A stretch of 64,000 bases of DNA from the human T2T-CHM13v2.0 reference genome, Homo sapiens: assembly GCF_009914755.1 (NCBI RefSeq), contig NC_060925.1; one strand, 5' to 3'. A program made the position numbers and the translations under genes. The notes under the pieces were generated by a model. It was not told the DNA's origin and did not search any database. It worked only from the letters and a program-made list of their open reading frames with translations. Below are positions 1-10,148 of this stretch, piece after piece (position 1 is the stretch's first letter; each line of letters begins with the position of its first letter).

Positions 1-146
1 TCCTAAAGCAAGTGTGGGCACAGGCTTGGGCGGGTGGAGCAGAGAAACAGGAAGCCCTGAGGCAGGGGTTAACGCAGTACTGACCCTCAGGGCTGTCCTG
101 CCCGCCTTCAGGCCTCACTTTGTTTTTCCTCCCTCCTTTCCTCCAG

Positions 147-202
147 TGGCGGCCCTCCCAGCACGCGCATCACACCTGAGTTCTCTAAATGGGCCAGTGA
201 TG
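147..202 (+). CDS. RNF220: RNF220 coding exon (GGPPSTRITPEFSKWASD), first in window
   Basis: Polypyrimidine tract + CAG ending at 146, GTAAGT donor at 203; 56 nt, phase joins the next exon; peptide recognised as RNF220 C-terminal region. Confidence 0.95.
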
Positions 203-335
203 GTAAGTCCTGCCCCAGGTTAGGAGTAATGGGGGAGAGGGGGTATCCCTAGATGGTGGTGACTGACTCAAGCCCAACCCCTCACCTGTGCTGCCCAGTC
301 TGGCCGGAGTGTGAGTTGCCCCTCTGTCCCAGCAG

Positions 336-414
336 AGATGCCATCCACCAGCAATGGTGAAAGCAGCAAGCAGGAGGCCATGCAGAAGACCTGCAAGAAC
401 AGCGACATCGAGAA
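336..414 (+). CDS. RNF220: RNF220 coding exon (EMPSTSNGESSKQEAMQKTCKNSDIEK)
   Basis: CAGCAG acceptor ending at 335, GTAAGT donor at 415; 79 nt, frame consistent with flanking exons. Confidence 0.95.
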
Positions 415-3089
415 GTAAGTGTTTGGCCAGGAGAGAGCCCTGGGACCACAGTTCAGTGGGAGGAGGGGCCCTTTGCTAGCAGGAAGGCCTGCTGCCAGGG
501 CTTCTGGCCCTCCCAAGTGCAGCTCAGTGCTGCTGCCCTGGGCACACAGCCGGCAGTGGAGCCCAGCTGGTGCTAAGCGTGACTCTGTGAATTGATCACT
601 GGGCCACGGCCCCGGAAGCCTTGGCGGTGGGAGGAGCAGTCCACCCGCCTGCCTGCCTGCCTGCCCGCCTGCTGCGGCGGCCTTCGCCCGGGGAATGTGA
701 TGTATGGCCGCCCAGCCCAGCCGGCACACTTGATTCATCTCCAGTTTCTGTTTCTTAATCGGGAGCTAAATTGGTTTCATTTTTCTTGTCCCGGGTGGCA
801 CTCGCAGTGGATTTTAGGCAGGAACATTGGGTATCATCACTTCTGGTAGGAATTTTTGGCCTGGGTTCTCTGGCAGAGGAAAAGGGATCCATTAGCACTT
901 TGCCCAGGGCTGAGCAACCCCTGGCCTGGATCCCTGGGAACCACAAAGATTTGGTATCAGCTGGGCATCTTCCTGCCTTCCCAGAAGCCCAAGGAAGGCC
1001 AGTTCTGGCCTCAGGAGATGGCATTGTCCAGTCTAGGCTGCCTGGTGCTGCTGCCATTGGTCATTGCTTAACTCCAGTACCCACCCCACCTTCTGACTGC
1101 AGGCTAGGTTGCCTGGGGTTAAAAGGCAGCCTCTTCATTCCAGGGCCAGTGTTCCATCTTTGCCTCCTGCCAGGAGAGTGGATTGGAGGCCGGTGCAGGG
1201 CCGGGTCGGTGGCCCAGGGTCACCTCCCATTTGTTTCCCTCCATTTTGTGTTGTCATAAATTCATTCCAGCCCGTTGTGGTTGATCAGTTTATCTCGGCC
1301 GGGGCCGCGAGTGCTGCTGGCATGATGTATGGGCCGCGGCGCAGGGCCCGGCTGCCCATGAATCACCGCAGCTGCTCCGTGTCAGCGCCGGAGCGGGCCG
1401 TATGGGTTCTGCGCAACCAGCTTGTGGTGGGGAGGAATGACGTATGGATGTTTATTTAATAATTCTCTCCTACTCCAGCTGAGCAGGGCGGGCGGGGTTG
1501 TAAGGGGCACCCACCCTCGTCTGGAGGGGCTGCTCATAAATCAGAAAGACAAGATCATTAATCAGGGATGGCGCCCGAGGGGGAGGTGGGGGCAGAGCCA
1601 GTGGCTTCCATGAAGGTACAACCCACCCAAGGCTGGGGGGAGCCAGGATTTCTGTCCCACCTGTGTGAGCACAGGCACCCGTAGGCAGGGATCTCCATGA
1701 TGAGGTGGAGACTGGCTCAGTCATGTGCAGAGCTCTCCACTGGGTCTGGATCTGCTGAGACTGGGGCCCATCAGTCCCCGTGATTTCTCTATTTCTTGCC
1801 CTAGATCTGTTTTACTACTCAGGGAAAAGGAATGGTAGGATGCCATGGCTCCTCCAGGAATCTCCCCACCCCATGCCCTGGAGGGACTCAGGAATAGCTC
1901 ACAGCCAGCCTGGACCAGGGGTTGGAGGCTTGGGTATTTCGCCAGAGCCAAGATTGGAGGGCAGGTGTGTGCTGAGCACATCCAGGATAGGTAGGCTCTG
2001 GAGTTGGCTATTGGCCTTCAGTGGGGCCTTGTAGCTCTTGGAGATGGCATGGGAAATGGCTTCATTCTCTCCTGGCCTCATCCTTCTTTGCCATTCCAGC
2101 TCTAGTTCTCTGATTTGGGGTTTGGGAGTTAGTTCTCCATTCTGGGGTAGGCTGCCCCCAGCTGCAGGCCTTAGTTTCCCCATCTTTGACATAACTATAT
2201 AGGACTAGGCAAATTCTCAGCTTAGTCCTTGGAGTGGAAGGGAGCACAGCTACAAATCCTTGTCTCCTTATCAGGAATTTACCTGTAATCCAGATGGGGA
2301 TGGCACATATGGCATTGTGCAAAATGCCAGGGAAGGAGCCTGCTGTTCGGAGGCTTGTGAGGAGGGAAGGGATGGTAAAGGCTTCCAGAGCCAGAGAGCT
2401 AAATGGAAGCCCCCAGGGAATCAGCCAGTACCAGGAGGAAAAGTCAGAGCCTTTCTTGGCATCCCTGGAAAGAGGCAAGGCAGAGGGAATCATGGACCCT
2501 AGGGTGATGGATTTAAGTGTCCCTGATACAAGGACACAGCCACTAAGGAGTCACGCTCTGTGTTGCTGCTAGCTCCCCTAAGGAAAAAGGCCAGAGATTG
2601 AAGTTGTATTGCCCATGAAATGGGACCACTACCCTCCCTGCACTCCCATTACCACTCACATCCAGCAATGACAGGCCACCTGTAAGCTCTCAAGCTTCCT
2701 GAGCCAATTGTCTCCCCTAAACTGCAGAACAGGTGCCCCCAGGAGACTGTCCTTGCCCAAAGTCCACGTCCCTTATGATTCCCCCGCCTCAGTCCAGCCT
2801 CTGCTTCCTGATTGAGTACATCTGTGAAACCTGAGCTGTTCGTACCCCCACTCTTCCAGCATCCTCAGCAGCTTCCTGCTGTCCACGAGATAAACTTCAG
2901 CTCCTTCAGGTGTGGCATTTGAGGTCCTCTTGCATGCCATCTCCTTTCTTACTGTAGCACTTTGCCTACATGTGGGCCTTCTAGCCAGACTGGGCTCTTG
3001 GGCCTCTTGGCTTCTGTTTCTGCTGTTCCCTTGGCCTGGAGCCCCACCTCCTCCTGGGTGTAGCCAGTATAGTCATGGTCAATCACACA

Positions 3090-3320
3090 GTTATTAGTTG
3101 ATCATGGAATCAGTCTGCCAGGTTTGAATCCCATCTCCCTGACTCTGTGGGGACCTTGAGCAAGCTACTTAATCTTTCTGTGCTTTAGTTTCTTTGTATA
3201 TAAAATGGAGATATTAGAATCTTATGGGGTTTTTGTGAGGTGTAAATAAGATAATTATCAATCCCTCAGTACAATCTCTGGCATTTAGTAAGTGCTTAAT
3301 AAATTTTAGCTATTTTATTT
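3090..3320 (+). mobile_element. MIR SINE fragment
   Basis: MIR core-like GGTTTGAATCCC...ACCTTGAGCAAGCTACTTAATCTTTCTGTGCTTTAGTTTC...TAAAATGG. Confidence 0.7.
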
Positions 3321-4586
3321 GTATTATCATTATTATTCCCTAAGGCCAGTCTCCTATACCATCTTTTCTACTTTTCCAGGAAGCATTCTTCTCCATCTGT
3401 GAGCTCCCCTGGATCCTGTTCATTTGTTTTAGGAGGGTGGGAAGGTTCCTTGAGAGAGTCCTAGCTATTCCCTGTTCAGCAGTGCAGCCCAAGGAGTCCT
3501 GGAAATGCAGGAGGGACCTTCAGGTGCAGGGCTTGGCCCACACACAGGACTACCAGGGCATCTGATATATCTAGGAAGTAACAAGGAGCCCTGGAGGCAG
3601 GCCAGGGCTGTGGCAAAGAGACCTAGATCATGTGGGACACGCCTAGTCCCTGCATCTGTCCCCCTCTCCCTGGAGTTTGGACGGGCCCTTTCTTCAGCAG
3701 GTGTTTGCTCACGTCCCATGCCTGAGGTGGGGCTCTTGGCCATAGTCAGTATTGGTGGAGTGAGCAGCCCGCCCTCAGGGAACCCATACTCAGGAACTTT
3801 ACACTGCTGTGGTGGAGTTCACACGGGGGGCTGTGAGAGCCACTGTGCAGTGCTGGCTCAGGGGTCTGGAAAAGGCTTCTGGGAGGGCATGGGAACAAAA
3901 CTAGATCTGAATGATGAGGCAGAGCTAGTGAGTCAGGCGAGGGGGGTGCAGAGGGATCACAGTGCAGAGGCCAAGGCAGTGAAAAAGGTGGCGTGGATGG
4001 TGACACATAGGAGTCGAGCATAAAATGCGTGGCAAGGTCCTCAGGGGTACGGCGGGCTGGGGCTGGACCAAGGAGTGTAGTGGAGCTCTCTACTCCAAGG
4101 GGGACATTGGAATGTTGGAAGTCACACCACGAGAGATTTGCTTTGAGAACATAAATTCCTCTAGGCGCTGGGAGAGTGGAATAGAGATGAGGGGCCTGGA
4201 GGCAGAAAGGCTGTCTGGAAAAAGTTAGTGGTGGAATTGGTGGAAGACATCTGAGAGCCTGGACTCATGGTGGTGAGGAGAGATGCCGGAGATACTAGGA
4301 GAGATGACAGATTTGGGTGGTTGGGAAGACTGCGAAGGAGTGGTTGAAAATGGTTCCCTGGTATCTGGTGTAGAAATTCATCCGAATGGGAATGGAGGAA
4401 TAGAGAGGGTGAGGAGTTTAGTTCTGGAATGTGGAATTTGCAGATTCAGGTTATCAGAGAAAGGGGGCAGGCAGGGATGCCTAGGGGACATTTATGTATT
4501 TGGTTCTGGAATTCAAGGGAGGCGTAGGCTGGAGGTACAGATGAGAGATGCCAGCCTGCTACCCAACCATGCCTTCCTTTTTACAG

Positions 4587-4695
4587 AATCACCGAAGATT
4601 CAGCTGTGACCACGTTTGAGGCTCTGAAGGCTCGGGTCAGAGAACTTGAACGGCAGCTATCTCGTGGGGACCGTTACAAATGCCTCATCTGCATG
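4587..4695 (+). CDS. RNF220: RNF220 coding exon (ITEDSAVTTFEALKARVRELERQLSRGDRYKCLICM), coiled coil and first RING CxxC
   Basis: TTTTTACAG acceptor, ATG|GTGAGT donor; 109 nt. Confidence 0.96.
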
Positions 4696-4808
4696 GTGAG
4701 TAGAAAAGAACCTAGGGGTGCCCTTGGTCAGGCTTCCACGCCCTCTGGGGGAGTTGGAGAGGGTGGGCCTACCTCAGAGTGACCCCTTCTCTGCCCCCTC
4801 CTCCCTAG

Positions 4809-4883
4809 GACTCGTACTCGATGCCCCTAACGTCCATCCAGTGTTGGCACGTGCACTGCGAGGAGTGCTGGCTGCGGACCCTG
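4809..4883 (+). CDS. RNF220: RNF220 coding exon (DSYSMPLTSIQCWHVHCEECWLRTL), central RING C-x-H-xx-C-xx-C
   Basis: CCCTAG acceptor, CTG|GTGAGG donor; 75 nt, phase 0/0. Confidence 0.96.
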
Positions 4884-5629
4884 GTGAGGTGGCATGGGGG
4901 TCGGGGAATGGGAGGCCGCTCCGGGCACTGCCCAGATGTCTGTGCTTATGCCTGAGCCTGCCTGGGGGAAGTGGGGAGCATGGCGCAAAGGAGAACAGAG
5001 CCAGGAGCCAGGATATTTACCCGCAGGATATTTACCCCCAGGCTCGCTGCCTCTCCTCCCCAACTGCAGGTTTAGGAACTTCTCCCCCTCCATGAGTTCA
5101 CTGCATTCTCCCTTCCCCGCCCCGGTCCCCGAAGGCCCACTGCATCACACAGACTGGTGAGGCCTGGGGTCAGGAGGAGGCTGGCTGTAGGTAAACAGGA
5201 CCAGGGCCTTGGCCCCTCCCCCTCCCATTACTAAGCTCCTTCTGCTCCTGCCCCTGTTCTTCGCTCAGGAGCAGCCATTAAAATGTCGCCCGGAGACAGT
5301 AATAAAAGGCTCGGACGTGGGCTCTGTGTCCTGATCAAAGGCCGCGTGTAATCTCGTTAGGGCTGCGGCTGCCACAGCTGGACCCAGCCTTGTTCTCATT
5401 ACTGGGGCTCCTGCTGCGGGGCTGGCCAGGCGGTTTGATCCTGGCGTCCCCCCAACACAGGAGCGTGCCTGCCTGCTCACAGAAGCTGCCTATGCGTCCC
5501 CAGCCTGGGCTGACAGGACCAAGGTCTCAGCACACACTGGTGCAGAGAGACATGGCTGCAGGCCCAGGTGCTCACATGCGCACACATGGCTCATTGTGTA
5601 GACCAGAGCCCTCCCTGTTCTCCCTGCAG

Positions 5630-5701
5630 GGTGCCAAGAAGCTCTGCCCTCAGTGCAACACGATCACAGCGCCCGGAGACCTGCGGAGGATCTACTTGTG
5701 A
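5630..5701 (+). CDS. RNF220: RNF220 terminal coding exon (GAKKLCPQCNTITAPGDLRRIYL*), E3 ubiquitin ligase RING end
   Basis: CCCTGCAG acceptor; last RING CPQC pair; TGA at 5699-5701. Confidence 0.96.
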   Translation, partial: GAKKLCPQCNTITAPGDLRRIYL

Positions 5702-6650
5702 GCTATCTGCCCCAGGCAGGCCTCGCCTCCAGCAGCCCCACCTGCCCCCAGCCTCTGTGACAGTGACCGTCTCCCTTTGTACATACTTGCACACAGGTTC
5801 CCCATGTACATACATGCACATACTCAAACATGCGTACACACACACACATTTACACACGCAGGACTCTGGAGCCAGAGTAGAGGCTGTGGCCCAGGCACTA
5901 CCTGCTGGCTCCCACCTATGGTTTGGGGGCCATACCTGTTCCAGCTCTGTTCCCAGGGTGGGGCAGGGAGGTGGGGGTTGGGGGAGTAGTGGGGCACGGC
6001 TCCTAAGATCCAGCCCCCATACTGACAGACGGACAGACAGACATGCAAACACCAGACTGAAGCACATGTAATATAGACCGTGTATGTTTACAATGTTGTG
6101 TATAAATGGGACAACTCCTCGCCCTCTACCTGTCCCCTCCCCCTTTGGTTGTATGATTTTCTTCTTTTTTAAGAACCCCTGGAAGCAGTGCCTCCTTCAG
6201 GGTTGGCTGGGAGCTCGGCCCATCCACCTCTTGGGGTATCTGCCTCTCTCTCTCCTGTGGTGTCCCTTCCCTCTCCCATGTGCTCGGTGTTCAGTGGTGT
6301 ATATTTCTTCTCCCAGACATGGGGCACACGCCCCAAGGGACATGATCCTCTCCTTAGTCTTAGCTCATGGGGCTCTTTATAAGGAGTTGGGGGGTAGAGG
6401 CAGGAAATGGGAACCGAGCTGAAGCAGAGGCTGAGTTAGGGGGCTAGAGGACAGTGCTCCTGGCCACCCAGCCTCTGCTGAGAACCATTCCTGGGATTAG
6501 AGCTGCCTTTCCCAGGGAAAAAGTGTCGTCTCCCCGACCCTCCCGTGGGCCCTATGGTGTGATGCTGTGTCTGTATATTCTATACAAAGGTACTTGTCCT
6601 TTCCCTTTGTAAACTACATTTGACATGGATTAAACCAGTATAAACAGTTG
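5702..6650 (+). other. RNF220: RNF220 3'UTR
   Basis: Follows the stop codon, repeat-free, ends after ATTAAA at 6629-6634; the 3' end is approximate. Confidence 0.8.
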
Positions 6651-6680
6651 CTGCCTGTGTGTTATGTGTGTGGGGTGGTG
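6629..6680 (+). terminator. RNF220 poly(A) signal ATTAAA with downstream GU-rich element
   Basis: ATTAAA at 6629-6634 followed about 20 nt later by TGTGTGTTATGTGTGTGGGG. Confidence 0.75.
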
Positions 6681-7973
6681 GGGGAGCTAACTAGGGGAGG
6701 TGGGCTGAGGCAGTTAAGGGGTTAATTCCTGGTGGCAGGATGGGGGAAAGGACTTAGCTATAGGTGTATGACACTGTGCAGGGTTGGTCTGCTCTGGGGC
6801 CGTGGAGCATTTGGTTTGGAGGGGGGTGGGGCTGGGGATCTGGGCTCCTGACTATTGATGGGTAGGGGCTCTAGGTTAATTCTTTATCGATGCAGAATCG
6901 TCAGCTCATTAATCACAGAAGAGGTCAGAGCTTGGGGGTACAGAGGGGATGCAAGCTCTATCCCCCAACCTAGGCTAGGAGTGGCCACAAGCTTGGGTAC
7001 AAACACAAGCCCCAGGCCTCTATCCCTTTCTGGTCCCCTGAAACATACCAGAGACCACAGTGGGATCACCCTATCAGCCTCCCAGGCTTTTGTTCTATTC
7101 TCCAAATGTATCTCTAGTGACCATCATCCCAGTGTAGCTACTGCCTAGATTCTCAAATGGAAAGAATGGAAACCCTATTATCCAGGATGGACCTTCAAGT
7201 CTCCCATGTGCTCAGAGAACCAAGGCTGGCAGCTAGCACTGGAGAGATGGCACTTTGACCCCCACAGCTCCCCACTGCCAGTGAGGTAGCTCAGCTTCCT
7301 AGATGCCTCCCAGGCAGGTGCTAAAAGTTACATGTAAGTCTTCACCCACAACAGAAAGCTGTTTGGAGAAAAACAGTCAAGGCCCCAGAGTAGCCCCATG
7401 ACTCCAGACTTGCTTTGACACCTTGCACACCAGGCCCATCTGCCCAAATCCCCAGCCTTAGTTGCCCATTTTCTCTGGGATACCCACAGTGAATTCCTCA
7501 GAATTGGGTCCAGTTGGCAGCTCCTGCCACCCTTTGCACCCAGATGAAGCACAGACAAGTCCCCCTTGGAGCCCAGCAAAGGCCCTTCACAGCTCCACGC
7601 CCAGTTTGATGGCACCCAATATCCTGAACACAGGGATCCTGGGGATGTACACAGCCTCTGTCGAGGCGGGTGGAACAGCTCCAGCGATGGCTGAGGGTTT
7701 GGGAAAGAAACAGGTTTGGAAGAGAAGAGTGGGTAGGTGAGGGCAACGGAGAGATGAAGAGGAGGCTCTTAATGCCCAGTTCCTGTCAGGCCGACTTCTT
7801 TGATGTCTTTAGTCTCCCCTCCCACAAGCTTGGACTCAGTAGGTCCTTGATGGCTGGTTACTGCCACCCTGGGGGCCATATGGTCTCTAAAAGGGGCCAT
7901 TAACCCAGAGTGAGGGCATTCCACTGAAGCCCGCCCTGCTGTGGGAGCCTTGAGCTGTCTCATGGCACAGGCT

Positions 7974-7993
7974 GCACTGCCACCTGTTGGCCA
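7974..7993 (-). promoter_or_regulatory. Candidate CTCF site between the convergent RNF220 and TMEM53 3' ends
   Basis: Minus strand reads TGGCCAACAGGTGGCAGTGC, close to the CTCF core CCASYAGRKGGCRS. Confidence 0.55.
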
Positions 7994-8201
7994 TGGCTAG
8001 GAATGCAGCCACACAGCATGGGAATCCCTGCCACCATAGTGGGGACTCACCAAGGACTGATGGGATGCAGACAGAACGCGGCTCTGGGGACAAAGGATCC
8101 ATCATCCCCAAGAGTCAGCTCCCATCCAGAGCTTTTCTAGCCATCTCCTTCACTGCCCCCTAAGCCCTGTGATCACCACGGTAAGCTCATTCAATCAAAT
8201 A

Positions 8202-8207
8202 TTTATT
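8202..8207 (-). terminator. Distal TMEM53 poly(A) signal AATAAA within an L2 3' tail
   Basis: TTTATT on the + strand inside CATTCAATCAAATATTTATTGAATACCTACTATATGCCA, an L2-end-like sequence. Confidence 0.6.
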
Positions 8208-8769
8208 GAATACCTACTATATGCCAACATTGTGCAGTAGTGACTTCTAGAATGATCAATGATACTGAACTATCAGGCTGAATTCACCTCTTCTGCCTAG
8301 AGAGTATCTAAGTGGGTCTCCCTTCCAGAAGATGAAGGAGTTTGCTATTTCAGCCCAAATCCCCTTACCCTGGTTCTGGTCTTTAGGGCTTGGGAGTTAG
8401 CTCATCCCAGCTCCTGTTACAATGCTGCTGCCTTCCTGCCCCCCACTGTCTCTGGCAACTTTCAGCTTGCAACTTTCCCAGACCCAGCGGCTTCCTAGCA
8501 AAGTGTGGTAGAGCCAGGCAGGCCCCTAACCTCAGCTCCTCATCTGGCTTCTACCTCAGACTCCCAGGCAATGGGGTCAGAGGAGCCTCTCTGAGTGAAC
8601 TGCCAAGTGGGAGCCATGTGAATGGTACTTTACACTGTAGGGCTTCGCCCTGCTGGGGCAAAGATCATAGCCCCTATCCGCAGCCTGACGCTACCCCTGA
8701 CCGATATACCTTCCCTCTGGCATCTCCCCACAAAGGTCACCTTCCATTCAAGGAATCAAAACTCAACTC

Positions 8770-9150
<381 letters not shown>

Positions 9151-9497
9151 AATCAACTAGGGCTCACCCTCAACACCCCCCTCCATTTGTCAACCTCTAC
9201 AGCCTGCATGCCACAGGAATCAGCAGCCTGATTGTTGCACTTGTCCAAACACAACTGACTGCAAGGCTCCCACAGACACATGCCCAGGCACTCCTGCCCC
9301 TTAGGATTCTGTGGTAAGCAGACCACCAGCAGACGGAGGCCCCCAGGAGACAGGCCCATAGGAATTTTCTACTTAGGGGACCGCAAAGTCCCAAAGGGCT
9401 ACAGGGAGTTGAACGAGAAGAGTGCCCGACAGATTGCAGGTTGTGGGGAGGTGTCAGGCATTTATTTCTGGAGCAGAGGTGAGATGGAGCAATGGCC

Positions 9498-10148
9498 TCA
9501 GCAGCGGACGCAGTTGCGCATGAAGTCGACACAGAGGCTTGTGTAGTAAGTAGGGTAGTCACGGAGGTGGCTGACGTGTGCAGATGACACGAAATCCACA
9601 GAACGCGCCAGGACCCGGCGTGCCAGGCGTGCCTCCACCATGCGTTCTATGTCTCTGGCCAGGACTACTTCGTCAGCCCTCGAGTAGAGGTAGAGCTCGG
9701 GCCAGCGAGAGCCCGCGTCCTGTAGCCTGTCATAGAAGTGGGTGTGGAAGAGGGCTGTGATGGGAGCAAGCAGGACGTGGAACAGGACGACCACCAGGGC
9801 AAAGGCCACCAGCAGCAACAGGCGCAGCATGGCGGCCCGGCGCTCCAGGATGGCTGCCAGGGCCCGCAGAGCCCCTACCAGGTTGCTGTCACCAGGAGCG
9901 CTGTCAAAGATGGTGCCCACCACACGCAGGCGGCAGAAGCGACGGGTCTGCAGGAGCTCCAGCACGTAGCGGTACAGCATGACGCCACCGTTGCTGAAGA
10001 CATGGAAGAGCAGGGGCTCCTTCTCAATCTCATAATCAAAGAGCAGCTCGAGCAGCTTCTGGGCCAAAACACGAAGTGAAGGGATACCCAGTGACTCGGA
10101 GAAGAAGACCATGTGCCACGGGGCTGTGTATCGGATTACGATGCAGCC
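9498..10148 (-). CDS. TMEM53: TMEM53 exon 3 (residues 62-277 plus stop), DUF829 alpha/beta-hydrolase-fold nuclear envelope protein
   Basis: Minus-strand CTCTCTCCCCAG acceptor; 651 nt open frame containing the 204-aa ORF; [17 protein letters not shown] and SAHVSH motifs plus a hydrophobic helix. Confidence 0.97.
   Translation of the reverse strand, partial: GCIVIRYTAPWHMVFFSESLGIPSLRVLAQKLLELLFDYEIEKEPLLFHVFSNGGVMLYRYVLELLQTRRFCRLRVVGTIFDSAPGDSNLVGALRALAAILERRAAMLRLLLLVAFALVVVLFHVLLAPITALFHTHFYDRLQDAGSRWPELYLYSRADEVVLARDIERMVEARLARRVLARSVDFVSSAHVSHLRDYPTYYTSLCVDFMRNCVRC

Noticed and set aside
268-1459. Several overlapping 100-160 aa ORFs on both strands
   Set aside because: Low-complexity GC-rich translations overlapping true RNF220 exons in other frames or the putative enhancer; no protein-like features
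3505-4023. 172-aa + strand ORF in an RNF220 intron
   Set aside because: No recognisable domain or consistent splice context; the 3' part runs into L2-like sequence; long chance ORFs are expected in GC-rich DNA
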